Source: Nageia nagi (lineage: Eukaryota; Plantae; Pinophyta). From it: 64,000 bases of DNA. The notes under the pieces were generated by a model. It searched no databases and had not been told where the DNA came from. It worked only from the letters and a program-made list of their open reading frames with translations. Positions 24,201-38,902 of the stretch are shown in pieces. Numbering within the stretch: position 1 is the first letter of the stretch; each line of letters begins with the position of its first letter. A program made the position numbers and the translations under genes. The stretch covers positions 86,118,001 to 86,182,000 of the forward strand of contig JBITNC010000001.1 of NCBI GenBank assembly GCA_050084985.1, in the 5' to 3' direction.

Positions 24201-26050
24201 TAGCCAAACTTTTCAAATAAATCCCCAACATAGAGCTGGGGTCCAAACTCCTTTTCCACCTCATTCTTCTCAATACTATGACTAGGGAGCTAAGGGATGG
24301 CACAACAATGACAAGTTTCCCCACTTTAGTCTTTCCATTTCTCTAAGGAGGGGCAAAGAGGACAACCAAGTTGTAGAACAAGCTGACGAAGGTGCCAACT
24401 CAAGCTAGGAGACACCTCCAAACACTTAATATCCACAATAGTAAGGGCTGACAAGAGTGAAGAATTTTTTGTTTAGAATCCTCTTAGAAAGTGATGTTTG
24501 GATTAAGAGATATCATGACTCCCTATTAAGAGGCAACGATGTTGAAAGGGTCATCCCATGTTTGTAGCTATGAAATATTAGATAAATATGTTTTCTGCAA
24601 TGATGATGTGTCAATAAGTGGCAATCCATAGAAGATTTTAGGCTAGAGTTGGATAGGAAATTTATTCCTTTTGATGACAAATCTAGCAATTCTGCTGAAT
24701 CTTTGTAAAGATCCACAGGGAAAACATGTTCCTGTACATGGATGCTTGTTAATTTTGGAATTCGTTTTTGACAAAAGATTGGATGGAGTACCCTAGATCA
24801 ACCTCTGTTAATCAAGACAAAAAAATACTAAAAGATTATCATAAATCACATGTGAAGAGTTGAAGTTGGGAGAGGAAAGATCAGAAGTCTCATACATGAC
24901 TTTTAAGGGAATTTAGAAGTCCAAGTTTTCTAGTCTATAGAGCCTGACATCTCTTCTCAGAGATACATCAAAACAACTCTTAGAACTAATGAAATTTTTC
25001 TGATTCCACATATTGTCATTTCTGTGCATTGAATGGCTCAATGTTTCTGTATTACCATCTGTTTGTTCTTACATACGTTCATGTTTGTCAAGACACATAA
25101 GATTCAGCAATTTGATGTATTTATAATTTTATATTGCTTTGAAAATCTGAACCCTCAAATAATTTTATATCTTTAAAATGTCTTTTCAAACTCTTGCTTT
25201 TCTCCTATTGGACTTTATGATTAACCACATTTACTTGTAAGTGTTGAATTATGTTATGCCACCCTTTCCTTTATTCCATACAAACTATAGTGTTGTGTGT
25301 ATTTTATGGATAAAATTTCAAAGAACATCTTCCACAGTAAATTGAACATCTTGATAGGATATCCATAAAAACTTACCGGATGTCCAGTTTCAACTACCTT
25401 GGATGTCTCACTAGAAGTCTAAACTTGCCTCCCTAGGACACTCTAGTTGAAAACTGAAATACATCTGTATAAAACAACTTAATTCTCTGCACAGGATGGC
25501 TTAAAAGGATCTCCCAAATTCACCAATATTTGAAATTGCAAGTCCTTTGTATTTTACAGTTGTACACAAAGGTGTTTAGGAGTGGATGATCCATATCATA
25601 TATCCTGTTACTCTTCTTTGTGGTTTTCCTTTAACAATCTGATCAATAACTTTTAAATTGAGGTTTAGTAATATAGTTTATTGTTCTTTTGTCTGCAGAG
25701 TTCCATTTTGCAAAATCTAGTTATGAATACCTTCTCCCAAAGGTAAGATTCAACTTCAAGATTTTCCTAAGAGATACAACTGGAACATATGCACAAATAT
25801 CTCATATAACATAATTTTTCAACAAACAAAAACAAGCCAATTCAGTTAATACAATTACATTCAACATTAAGTATCGGCTAACCTAAAAGCACCTTTATAG
25901 CCTTCGCATATCATAATCATTATAATATCTAGTAGCAACTTCCTTGTGGACATTAGTCACAATTCATTCAGGATACCCAAAGGTACATACACTAATAATA
26001 TAATAATTACAATCTTCATTCTTATTGCACATAAAAAAGAGATATATTAC

Positions 26051-26164
26051 CGTGCAAGAACTTCCATACATGCAGTATCCTGCTGCAACCATGTTTTTTC
26101 CTGCTTGAAGTACAGAGTCTAAGCTTCCTTCCATACCATCTTTGAGCATGTATATTCCAAATAT
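26051..26164 (-). CDS. CYFBP: FBPase exon 6 (114 nt)
   Basis: [38 protein letters not shown] then GT donor. Confidence 0.95.
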
Positions 26165-29100
26165 CTACAAGAAATCAGAATATCTACATAAGCACCCCCT
26201 TTTTCATCTTTCTGGACACAACAAAGATAACACTAAATATTTTTCATAGTTGATTAATATGCCAAAAGACATCATTAAAACTCCGTTAGTTATAAAAACA
26301 ATAGAAGAAAATAGTGCATACAAATCATGTTTTTAAATGTGATATATTCAAGAGTGATAATGGCAAATGTATGATAAGATATCTATTTTTTTTAAGTATT
26401 CATACACATGAGAGACTATTAAACAACAGGATTTAATCAACTCATAGAGAGACTTGATAGTAGTTTTTACTGTTCCAATAGAAACTCCACAATCGATGTT
26501 GGAGGACCCATCAAGTGGATCAAAACATACACAATATCTGCACAAAGAAGAAATACAAAAAACTACATTAATATGTATGAAGTCAAGATTATATACATGA
26601 ATAAGTAAGATAACTAAATAAAGAAATGAACACAACCAAATATGTCAAGGAATACCTTCCTCTTTTTGATGGCTCCACAAAAAGTGCCTCCTCATCCTCC
26701 TCCGAAACAAGTATGTTCTGCAAGACATATAGCAATTAAATTATACAATTATGGTGAAGGTAATGATGCATAGGGACCATTAAATGATGGATCCGCAAAG
26801 CATATTAGAGACATTCCAATTGCTCAATAGAATAAACTCATTATGAAGATTTTGCATAAAATGAACATACCGTACGTCCACTGCTTACTAGAGCCTTGAT
26901 GAATACTTCATTTGAGAGAACATCTAGTTTCTTTTGCTCCTCTCCCTGTTTTTAGATACAAGCACCAAAATCAATCAACTACTAATTCAGTAGTTTATTA
27001 AATGTGTTATCTGAAACAAAACTTCTTGAAACAACGAGGTATGAGTCCATTGTTGGAAGATAGCGGTCAAAATTTCAGAATGCATATGGAAATTCTTTAC
27101 TCACAATCAATAGAAGATTCATATTACTAGAAGTAATGCATTCTAAGACATGCTCCAGAATGAAATCAAATTGCATGAAAAAAAAACTAACAAAAGAACC
27201 TGCACATTTGTATCCCCTGAAAGGCCAATAAGCTTAGCAAGTCCTGCCTGCACAAATAACATTCACACGAAGATATAATAAGTTAAATTTTTGAGTTTTA
27301 TATGAATTTCAATAACCAACAAAGTATGGACTATATGAGATACAGTTTGCACACTATATAGCATCAAATACCAAATATCTTTTAATTAAATTCAGTTTAA
27401 TAATTTAAATCATAAATGGCATAACTAATTGTTGTCTCAATGGTTTGTATACAATGCACAAATGCCTATTTTGTATCTTCTATTGAAAAATCTGTCAAAT
27501 AATGTTAACAATCCAGTGATGATTTTTTTTTTCTTGTTTAGTACTCCCAGCATTTTGGAATTTTGGGCAGGAAAACTCAGCTGCAGTGAAGAAATTAGGA
27601 TTTGTGCAATAGATTAGTGTCTTTTTTGTTATCATTTTCCCTAATGTTCTTATAGTTTGTGCACTTGTTTTATCAAACTCACTCGACCTTAGTCACAGTG
27701 CTTTAGCAAAATCGGGTGCGTAGATGGACTTTAGGCGATAACAACAATAAATGAAAAACTAAGCAACAAAGCACGATTAACACTATCTCACATATAAAAA
27801 AAAATTCTAATAGATCAATGGCCCTGATTGAAAATCCAAAACTTGTTCTACTTGGATGCTATTGAGTGTTGACTTATTGAGCACCACAAGACTCAATCAC
27901 TTTTGGATTAAAGCAGCTAGAGCCATGCATCATTCAAATGAAAGATCAATAAACTGAGGCACCAAAACAATAATGCCCAACTGAAGATAGCAAGCAAAAG
28001 AGGGATACACTCAATGAAGATGGATGCAAGAACATACTTCAAGCAATAACAATTGACAAAGAAAAACTATGATGGTTTGCCTTGAACAACACTGCTTCAT
28101 GTGACCTCACTTTGTTTCTAGTAAGAGATAACAAATTCAGTTTCTAAATACATCAAATAACCAATATGAAGAATCGAAAACAAATCTAAGTTGTACAGCT
28201 ACAGATTAAATTTGGTATCAGAGTAGTTTTTCCTGATTCTTGGGAGCTTTGAGAACATGTATGACAATAAACCACCAAGCAGAGAATTGGGAGAAGGTTG
28301 GTTATAGAAAACAGACCCTACAATTGGCTCTACATGCTGGATAGCTTGATTTGATTCTGTTGAATACTATGAAGGGTGCCATGAATCTATACCAGGTTCT
28401 CTGCCTAGTTGATCCAATCTGGTTAATCTCTGATGACATGAATAAAATTGTAAGCACTCCAATTCCACTTATGAGAAAATGAATTACCCATTTGTCACAG
28501 TATTAGTAGCACATGTCTGCAACTGAGATGCCTAGGTCTCACAAATTTATCACCAATCTATTCGGTTCTTTTGAGACTACATATCATAAAAGGCTTCTAC
28601 TTTACCACATGAAAAGTGTGCAAATTGTCTCTTGATATTAGATGCCCCCTTTCTAATGTTGTAGTTTTAGTTCACAACAACAAAGAATCCCTCAAGAACC
28701 CCGTCTTTATCTCTCTTCCATGGGAAGTTGATCACTTCCTGGAGATACTAACATTGTTGCACTTATAATTGAAGGAAGAAGTGGACTATATGGAGCGTAT
28801 GATTAGCTTTCTCAATGCGCCCTGTCTGACACTGTGGATTCTATAAAGGTATATATGAATGATTTTTCATATCTCTAATGGCTTTGATTCTCAAACACAA
28901 GGTGCCCATTTTTTGGCAAATTTATTCTAAACATAGGCCATATATTTTTACAAAGTAGATCAACTTATATTTATATATAGGCTTTTTAAATCAAGCACAA
29001 ATTTTACAACAGCCTAAAACTAATCATAAAGGACACCCTGTCTAATCCACAATGTAGTCTCAAACGAAGATTGCTTCTATGTTGCCCATGAATCACTAAA

Positions 29101-30781
29101 ACCTCACATAATGTCTGTGCAACCTCATTAAGACACAAATAGTGTCAAAAGGATGCAAAACATATTAGCAGGTTTGAGCAAGTCCACCTTGAAAAATGGA
29201 TTGTAATTGGTGATTTATGCTGTAGGTCTGATTATAAAAATACTAACAGAGACCAAACGAATCCCTCAACAAGAATGACATTAGCATATATGGAAATAAT
29301 AATTTCCATCAATGAAAGGGAAAGCAAAGAAACAATAGGTCAAGGATCAGCCAGCTCAAAAACAAATCACCAGTGTGAAGGGTAAAAGTCCTACTTTAAT
29401 CAAACAACCTCTTACTTTTAACATGCCTGTTTCTGATAAGACCAGTTTTTATAAATGGCAGTAAAAGGAAGGTCAATGCTCCACTCATTTCCGTCCAGAC
29501 CTATTCTCATCCTCAATCACCTTGCAGAATGACATTGAAATGAATTGTCATGGTTCACTCGTTATTTAGATCTTCTAAAAAACGTTCTTCATCAGCGTGG
29601 CATGTGATTCAATCATAGAATATGTCTCTGACTTTCTACACATTCTGAACAGTCCAAATTTCACTAACACACCTATAAATGCTTTGTGAGAGCCACCACC
29701 ATGATATCAATACTGTAGCTGGTATTCATTCAAACTCCCACAACATTCAACATCACACTAGTTGTTTGGGTATATATCATCTTCCTATGATGATGAAAGA
29801 AGTTGATCTTTCATCTTTATGAGAGAACAGAATGCATATAAATGTAGATTGCATAATTCAAAAATGTAACAGGCTTAGCCGGTCATCAGGGCCGACAAGA
29901 ATTCAAGAATTATGACTTAGTTATGGGATCCAATTGTCTTGCATTGCACTTTGCCCATTCAACATTTGTAATCAAGTGTTTGTAGAGAAAATAGTAATTG
30001 TGAGTACTTTACATCCAACCACTTTCACTCCAAAGGAACTGTTGTACACCCTGCAATATAAACTGATAGTTGAACCTACCTGACAAAGTCATCGGACTAC
30101 ACTCTCAAAGAAGGTTGAGGTTCTCAATTGGAAATCAAAATTTACAACTTACTATAATTCTTCTAACCCTCCTAAATTATAACCCCACTTTTTATATCAA
30201 GTATACATCTATATAAAGTTCATCCCTACATGCACCCATATGCACTTATCACGTCCTAGGCGGATGCAATTGCAAATAAAAATGCTTTCAAAAAAAATGT
30301 ATGAATGAATAAAATTATTTGCGAACTTCACACAAGTCAAATTCTTCACGACTTGCAACTTTTCCAAGAACCAATAACCATACAACTCCTTTTCTTTCAT
30401 GTTATTCTAAATCAATTTTCCAAAATTCTCCATACCCTTAGGACAATGATACAGTCGCAACTCATGGTGATTGCCATGATGAGGAACAAACTTCAAAACC
30501 CATTGAACATTTTATGAGAGCCCTCAAAATATATCCTTGGGCATTACAAACATCACAACTTCTACGAATTTCTTTGATTTAAAACATACAAAAGAAGAGA
30601 AGGGGAAAACAAGGAAGGGCACCTTGCTGACAGCAGAGCATACAAACTTGCAACCCAGAACAATGTGGCTGAGGAGAATGGTGAAGTCTCCGCGGGCTTC
30701 AGAGTGCTTTGACTGTTCGTTCAGCACGAAGCGTGTTATAGTCATCAAGTCTGTTCGATGAGCTTCTGCTGCATGATCCAT
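26051..30781 (-). CDS. CYFBP: Cytosolic fructose-1,6-bisphosphatase, exons 1-6 (175 codons; 3' exons not in window)
   Basis: Spliced product [23 protein letters not shown]...[31 protein letters not shown]...VSEED...[27 protein letters not shown]...[12 protein letters not shown]. All junctions GT-AG, phases consistent, no transit peptide. Confidence 0.97.
26471..26537 (-). CDS. CYFBP: FBPase exon 5 (67 nt)
   Basis: [22 protein letters not shown] metal-binding motif. Confidence 0.96.
26656..26717 (-). CDS. CYFBP: FBPase exon 4 (62 nt)
   Basis: [20 protein letters not shown] + 2 nt, AG/GT flanks. Confidence 0.95.
26871..26945 (-). CDS. CYFBP: FBPase exon 3 (75 nt)
   Basis: [29 protein letters not shown] flanks. 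Confidence 0.95.
27200..27247 (-). CDS. CYFBP: FBPase exon 2 (48 nt)
   Basis: [20 protein letters not shown] flanks. Confidence 0.95.
30623..30781 (-). CDS. CYFBP: FBPase exon 1 (159 nt)
   Basis: MDHAAEAH...CSAVSK then GT donor. Confidence 0.97.
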
Positions 30782-30869
30782 CCCTCTATTTATCTCTGAA
30801 TCTGTCTACTATGCTGCAACCAACTACTTTTCTCTTCTATGGTTCTTCGCTGTAGTTTTTTTCTGGTAG

Positions 30870-31050
30870 CTTCGTTATATATGGCTTCCATGATGCTCTG
30901 AGATCGCGTATAACGCAGGTGGTGATGACGCGGAGCCACGTCAGTGGAAATCTTTTACTCATGTTCTTGCGGAAAACAAGAATGTACCTTTTCGACGTTA
31001 TGGAAGGTTCGGGCTTTTTTTTTTAATTAATTTATTTGGAATTAGATTGG
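30870..31050 (-). promoter_or_regulatory. FBPase proximal promoter
   Basis: TATA (ATATATAA, 30875-30882), TGACGTGGC bZIP C/G-box (30935-30943), TGACGCGG (30926-30933), CCAAT (31045-31050); locally CpG-rich. Confidence 0.65.
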
Positions 31051-31299
31051 CTGGAAGAGACTTTGGAATGAATAAATTTGAGACCAAATTCACTTCAAAA
31101 GGAGATTGGGATGGGTTGACCTAGACATATAAATTAACTACTTCACTATTCAAATTTTTATTGATAGTGATCAAAGTTATTAAATTTGATAAAATTTATA
31201 TTTATATTTTTTTTATATATTAGAGGTGATTTTTGGAGGGAACTAATAACTATATTTATAGTTGTCTTGAATTTTTCAATAAAGTCTCAAATCGATAAA

Positions 31300-32950
31300 A
31301 ACTTCTTAGTATCATAATATTACTACTACTATACCGCATGGCAACCACCCTACATTGCATAGGCTTTTCAAAGGTGTAAAATTTAATCGAAAGGTGACTT
31401 TTACGGAACCAATAACCGTTACATCAATCTTCAATCTAGATACATCATTCAAGCATAGAAAACAAAATCTCCTAAATCCTTGAAGGGCTACCCCTTTGCC
31501 TTCGTCTCTCACAAGAGATACCTATGGTTCAAAATAAAAATAAGGAAATCCAAGGATGGACAGGAAGTACATCGACTCTTTGAATCGAAGTTGAGAAACA
31601 AGAAGGAAAAATAATACATTGTATTGTAGTCCAACATCCCCCAGAATGTTGCTCTAACGCTTCTTATACTCCCTAGTACCGTAGATTAAGAAAAGACTAA
31701 GTGCTAGTTAGACCTCTTGCTCTTTATCGAGACACATACCACCTCCTAACACTTATTTAGCCTAGTTCCTAAGAGAAAAACACCAAAGGAAAACTCTGCT
31801 TTTCCTTTCTATTGACTAAAAATCAAAATGAGATACCCCTACAAAAATAAACCAAAACTTCAAGGGCTTAAAAATAGAAATATTTTACAACCCGAAAATG
31901 CCTCCATACATGAGAGAATATGAAAAAATGAGAAGACACAAAGCAAGAGACTTAATAGTAGATGGGAGAATCAACTAGGTCTTACTTCAAAACTAGCAAT
32001 CGCTACAAAGAGTACTACATTGTATTATGGCTTAGCATCATGCAGGCATGTTGCTCTAACACCCTAAGTGTTGAGTGATAGATGTACTTCTCCATAGCAA
32101 CCATCACCCCTTCTGTAAAAACCTCATAGATCCACCCCTAGCACCAAAGGCTCCAAGAAGGACTCAAGTATTGATCAAACCTCTTACTCTCTTCAAAAGC
32201 TCATTACACCTCCTAGTACCAGTCCAACTTGATTCCTTCTATGGGAATCTACCATCTCCTCCCCTACTTTTGAAATCTTCTCATCTTAAGATATTTGAGG
32301 TCTCCCTAGACCTGGATCCCAGAACACTCTCCCCCATAACATGGCACGAAGAAGAACCTTTATCTATAGCAAGAATCCAGGATTGACACTTGGGCACCAT
32401 AGAATCTTCAATCATCCTTTATCCTTTATAATGAGAGTAGTTGACCCCCACGAATTGGCTTGCCTCTCTAAGGTCTTTTGTAGGAGCTTCAAAAATAACA
32501 CTGGTATGGTCCCACTTTCCTTTAGTCTCATTGAAAGACTCTCCTTCCAAGTTCAAAAAAGAGAACCCTTAGTTGTCCGATCAAACCATCCACCTTTCAT
32601 CATAATTCCACCATGAAATAAAGGCTAAACCCCTCCCTAACTGCTACCTCACCAACATGAGTCTCCAGACCATCCAACAACACCAACCAAGCCCATAAGA
32701 TCCAAGATAAAATCTTGGACACAACCCATTGCCTAAAATAAACATGTGCTCATAATCCCCATTGGCCTTTCTTCCCATACAAAAATAACCCTTCTAACGA
32801 TGCCAACAGCCTCTGTTGTTGCCTTCCTCACCCTCAAATCATCATCCTCATTATCAGAATCTCCTCCACCATCAAGCTCCTTAAACCCTAGCCCTCCTCG
32901 CCACTCCATTCCTAAAGGAGGAAATCTTAAAATTTTTATTTTTATTATTC
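31300..32950 (-). mobile_element. Probable decayed LINE 5' region/ORF1 remnant
   Basis: Composition and fragmentary W-rich and acidic minus-strand reading only; no diagnostic motif confirmed. Confidence 0.3.
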
Positions 32951-33725
32951 TAAGAATTTTTATTGTTGTAATGAATCCAAATACCAAAATATCTAAAGTT
33001 GGTGTTGGTAATGGATTGTATTTTATATTGATTAATTTATTAATTAAGTTATTGGTTTGGTTTATGTCTTTTATATTTTTTAAATTATTATATGATATAG
33101 ATATTAAAAAATTGCATACAAAAAAGTGGATGGATATGCACACCTCAATAATAGTGTAAGGAAACTATTCAAAGGAAATATCTAAAGAGATATTTAGTTC
33201 AAATAACTAATCATGGTGAGACTTGAAGAGTCTCATTAAAAAATGTACTAATTACCATGCCAAAGATGGAGATTCCTTAGCAAATTATTCATAGAGTAGA
33301 CACCAAGTTCTCTACTCGCTTTATCCAAGCACTACTTGTAGTCATTTCCTCTTTCATGTTTAAAGAAATGGCTAGCAAAAAGGATGGTAGTTTTTCTAGG
33401 TTGGCCTAAGGTTCATTGAGGGTTTGTGAAGGACAATGTCATTTAGGTGAAGATGGTGGATGCTTAGTGGGCACAAAGTAATATTGGTAATAAGGATGTG
33501 ATGGTTCATGGGGCATAGAGTGTTTAGGATTAACTTTATTGGTAATATATGGGGCATTTATTCAATGATCGATGGGGGTTTACAAATGAGAAAACCTCCA
33601 TGATCACCTTGTTAACTTGCATAAAAATATATAATAAAATATTAGAAGTTATTTTCACTTTATCAAAAATAGGAAAATATGGCAAACTAAAGATTTAGGA
33701 AAATAGGTTATCATTTATAGCCTTT

Positions 33726-34450
33726 TATTGATACTAAATATTACTTTGATAAATCTTAAATAATGTAAATCAGTATCAAACATGTAATATTAATTAATAA
33801 TAAATTAAATAAAGTGAAATGTGCAATTCAACTGTTGGAGATCAAATCTAACGTACTAAGATAAGAGAGTGAATACTGTACCTTTCATTTTACCTGCATG
33901 ATTAATTAGACACCAAAACTAGGTCAAGTAGGCCATCATTGATGATTGCTCCATAATATCTTAACTCAAATAACCTCACAAACATGATGTTGATGTCCTT
34001 GTGACTATGCTAGATAATAATGAAGAGAGACCTCTTTGAAGTAGTCGATCGATCATACCTGCAAGACTAGACTTATATCAGCATATAATTACAAAAAATA
34101 AAATGATTTGAGAGTTGGTGTGAAAGATAAAATTTCAAGCCTTGATAGGTTATTTTAAGAAGTATTAGTCAATAGAATGTACATGAGCTATCAAGGTCAA
34201 GATCAAGATTCAATATGATATCTCATGTGTACTCCTCTTCCTTAAATATGTAGGTCTCCACCTAACATAAGATAGCTTGCTTAATGCTTCCTTGATCCTT
34301 GCACCATAAAAGAAGGAAATGCAATGAGATAAATTGCATGTTATCTCAATAAGATAATATATCATAGCTAATATCAAAACAAACAACATATATTATCATT
34401 TATTTTGATACAACTAAAATAGAAAAGTGTATATATTTTAGGTGTTAACA
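33726..34450 (-). repeat. 3' LTR of minus-strand Tat element
   Basis: Collinear similarity to 50365-51093; adjacent PPT. Confidence 0.88.
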
Positions 34451-34839
34451 ATTGCCCCCATTTTTAAGTGTAATGACATGATCCATGTAATTACACATTG
34501 AAAAGGAAGATAAGCACCATATGAAAAGATAGTAAAGAGTACATAATACTTCCCTAAACCAATCATGTTGATAGCATTGGGTTTTCCATTTTGAATGATT
34601 ATTTATTGCCCCCTCTTTACTTTAGTCTTCGCAATGATGAGGTTGAACAAGAATGGAATAACTCAAGCCAAACAACTTGCAAAATATACAACAAATAAAA
34701 CCTCAAAAAGAATACATCATGTTTTAGATTATCATAGCATAGCAAATCATATCATAAGGGTGGTGCTAAATGTTGTAGGAACTAATGAGAAATAACATGC
34801 ATGTGGTACTTAATGCCTTAAGTACCAATGGGATATGAG

Positions 34840-34995
34840 TGATAGTTAAGACCTCAACCAACAAAGGGAGAAGAGTGATGATTAATACCCAACCAAAAAA
34901 GGGACAAAAATAAAATTAATGTTTAATACCCCAACTAACAAAAGGACTAGAATGAAACTCATGATTAATATCTCAACTAACAAATGGACAAAACA
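34840..34995. repeat. ~45-bp degenerate tandem repeat (4 units) in Tat 3' UTR
   Basis: TTAATACCYCAACYAACAAAnGGAC recurring. Confidence 0.7.
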
Positions 34996-37900
34996 TAAGC
35001 GATCATCATAATGGAGTTTCCATTATGGGTACCCGTTTCCCAAGGTACCATAAGGATGAACATAGATAAAATATGATATTATGGATTTTATTTTAGAAAA
35101 TAAATGAGTTATAAAAAATTATACCTACACTTATCATTTTAGATGATCCTCAAAAGCTTAAGGATATTGAAATTCTTATATGCTACCCTAACAAAGGTTC
35201 TATAATTAATATGTAGCACTAGAATTGGAAAAATATGTATCACCGATCCTAATTAGATGATATTTTCTAACCTCAAACTTTGCACATAAATTCTTATCAA
35301 TAAAGGCTTCAAATTTATACCTTTATATCTTTCTTCGAAACAAGATCAAGAACATTGGAGATTCTTTTTCCAGGAGTAACCATTTTTGAATAAAAACTCT
35401 TTTTTTGAGCTTAAAATTATTTTCATTTATTAAGGAATTAAAAAAAAATGACTTATAAATCTGAATATTAGGCTTGAAAATGCTTTAAAATATGGTGTGT
35501 ACAAATACTTCCTAACATAAGTGCTCGTATACCAAACAGTAAGATGAGTTGAAGAACTTAAAGAGGCTAGTAAGAGTGACTTTTGAACAAAATCTAAACC
35601 AAAAACTTGAAACTAGGCAATATGGGTTGAGATTGATTAGATATGTGAGGGAGAAATAATGGGATATTTATATTCCTTTCCCTCAATGGTTTATAATTTG
35701 TAAATACCCTTGCCATAATTTGTTTGTACCATAAAAGGTCTAATCTAATTAGACTCAAACTTTCCTAGCTTGCCCTTTTTTCTACCTTGGTCTTATGATT
35801 ATTCTCCTTAAGGATAAGGTATCCAACTTTGATTTATTTTGTCTTGATATTTTTATTGTAGGTTCTTTTGATTTTATTTTGATAGACCCTAATATGCTTC
35901 AAAGCATTCACTCTTTTATCATTAGGAGCTTATGACTATCATAGCTTTTTTATTTTTATGTCTTCATCATCTATAATCCCTTGAAGAGAAATTCTTAGAG
36001 ATGTAATCTGAAGCTCCAAAGGAAGAAAACATTCATCTTCACACATAAGGGAGTAGCCATTATAATTTGTAGTTGATCTTATGCTTTTCTATATGCTCAT
36101 AAGGCATATGGAAACTGCTCATGCCAATATTTACCATGCTTTTCAATTGTCTTACAAAGATATTTGATAAATGGTTTTATTTTTTGCCTCAAATTGACCA
36201 TTTCCTTGGGGATATTATGGAAAATAAAACTTTTATTGAATGTGAAAGATCTCAAAAATTTCTTTCGCCATTGTACCTCTCATATTTGTACCATTATCCA
36301 TTAAGGTTTTTTAATAACACTCCAAATATAATTATGATGTGATCAAGTAGGAACTTCATAATTTAGGGGCCTTTTGAAGATCTTAGAGGAGTTATTTCTA
36401 TCCATTTTATGAATTAATTAGTGGTTGTGATGATGAAATTATTTACTTCTCTTGATATTGGATTGATTACTCCAATGAGATTAGTCACCCAAATTGAGAA
36501 TGATCATGGAGAAACCATTATATGGAGATATTGAGAAGGAGTGAGTTGAAGGTTGGTATGCTTTTAATATTCCATACATTTACTAACATGAATAACATAA
36601 TTTATTTCTATGGATGATCAATAGTAACCTAATCTCAAAATCTTGTAATAGATTTCCTTACTATTTAAGTGACCTCTACTTATGCCTTCATGAACTTCTT
36701 CCATTTCTTTTTCAATCTCATCAATGAGAAAACATCTAAAAAGAGTACCTTGAAATGACCTCCTATATAATATATCTCTAATGAGTACATAATTTGAGGT
36801 AGTATTACTTAGTGTTATCTTTTGATTTATATTAATTACATAATTAATTATACCATCTTTGATGATGGCATAAATGTGTTTATATTAAGAATCAAATGAA
36901 GTACAACACAAGAATAAGAATCTACATAGATGAAATATGAGCACATATTATCATTGAGCATATGTTAAGGCTTTTAAAAATTATTTATGGTCATTATAAT
37001 CTCCTCATATGCAATAGTAATGGGGGTCAAAAATGATACATTAGCCATTGTTGGAATGTGTAATGCATTATTGTAACATATCTTCATGTAATTCACTTAA
37101 TACTTAAGGGTATCCCTAGATACCTTAAGTATTTAGTGAATATGATAATGTAACTTATCCTACACTCCATAGATCATGAGCATGCCCCTTGGGTAAAAGG
37201 GTGATTCATGAGATGATATTTTACAATGGTTAAAAGGGTAATCCAAGGGAGGATTTTGGCCTATAAATAAGGACCCTCTCCTTGAGATTACTCACTCAAA
37301 TTTGTATAAAAGTTATGCTATAGGTTTGTTAGGAGAAGTGAGAAAGAGGTATTGTAAGAGAGTGTTCTTTGAGAATAAGAATATCTTAAATTAGTGAATA
37401 TACTCTTTTCTATGAGAGGAACCACTTTACATATGATGTTAACTTTGTGAGACTGACTATCTTATTTATGTTATTATGATGATGTTTTAGAGAACTTTGA
37501 AGTGATCTTGGTAGAATAAGAATTTAGTCATTTAGGCTTATTTCATTTAATTGGTATTAGAACCATCCTTGAAAGCTCCTCTTCAATATCTTGGAGTTCA
37601 TTCCTACTCCTTTGTCCATCTTTGGAGGTTCATTTTCATTCTTGTGAAGTAAAATCAAGTGAAGGTATAACCTATTATTATTATTATTATTTTATTGTTA
37701 CTAACATTCTATTTTGTGTTAAGTTGTAATTTTCTTGAAAAAATACTTGCTTAAGGTAACAATATATTGATATTACACATTTTTTATATACTAACTTTTA
37801 TGATTAATTGCAATTTTTTTTACAAAAATTACTTTAAAGTAGTAGCAATATTGTTATGCAATTTTTTTGTTTATACTAACATTTTTTATGTTAGTTGTAA

Positions 37901-38902
37901 TTCTTTTTTACCAAAATTTGCTTAATATATTACTATTTATTTTGCACACATTTAGTTTGAAGAAACTTTTGTAAAAATTTGCTATGTATATTTTTTTCAA
38001 AAAAAGGCATTTTTGTTATACTATAACAAAAATACTTTGTTATTAAAAAATATTAGATGTTGTTAAGAAATATATAAAAAATGATACCCCTTTAAATATG
38101 TATATTCTTTTACAAAAATAAAGGGAAACCATTTTTTTTAAATATTGAAAGAAGTTTTTTTTATATAAAAAAATATAGGAAGGACTTGGCAGCCTTATGG
38201 CCATCCCATCTACCTCCCTACGCCCAAACCCAAATGTCTCTTGCCAGCCCATCATTAGGTAGCGTTCCCCCACCCGTAGCTCCACTTATTAGTCCCATCA
38301 CTTAGCCAATTGTGACCAACCTTTGTTCGACCCCTTAACATCCCTAGGTGGCCCACCACTGCCCCGCTCATGGCCCTTGGCTCCACTCCTTGCACTACCC
38401 CAATCGTGGTACCCACCATCTTGTTACCCTTCTTGCGATTCTTGGCTACACTTCCTGTGCTACCCAAGCCATGACACCAACCCCATTGCAACCCTTCTCA
38501 TGGTCCCCAACTTTGCTCCTTGTGCCATCCCATCTTGGTCCTAACTCATCTCCATGGTGCCACACCTCCTTAGTGTGATCGACCTTGCCCCCCCATCATG
38601 TTCTTACTCTTGACCTTGCCCTTTTCTACTTCCCAACATAGTTAGCGCTCGCTATCGCCTCACCACTCTTACAAACTTGCACCACCAAACTAGAGCTTAA
38701 ATTTTACCCACCAAGGAATGAATCTCCTATAAACAACCATTAATGGGAGTGTCAGCTTCCTCCTACCATTAAGTTGTTGCAAGTGGTGGATGAGAGCATA
38801 TTTGACTCTCATTACATTATTCTTATGGTGAATTATTAAACATGCAGTTTTATTAAAAAAGAGTTATTTTTTTTAAATAGTTGTCTATTAACAAATAATA
38901 TA

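Noticed and set aside
28205-28230. LTR element in FBPase intron 1 (TGGTATCAGAG PBS-like)
   Set aside because: No LTR pair, TSD or coding remnant could be delimited.
32733-33159. Overlapping 136/137-aa ORFs with hydrophobic stretches
   Set aside because: Half of each comes from AT-rich low-complexity sequence; both strands open by chance.
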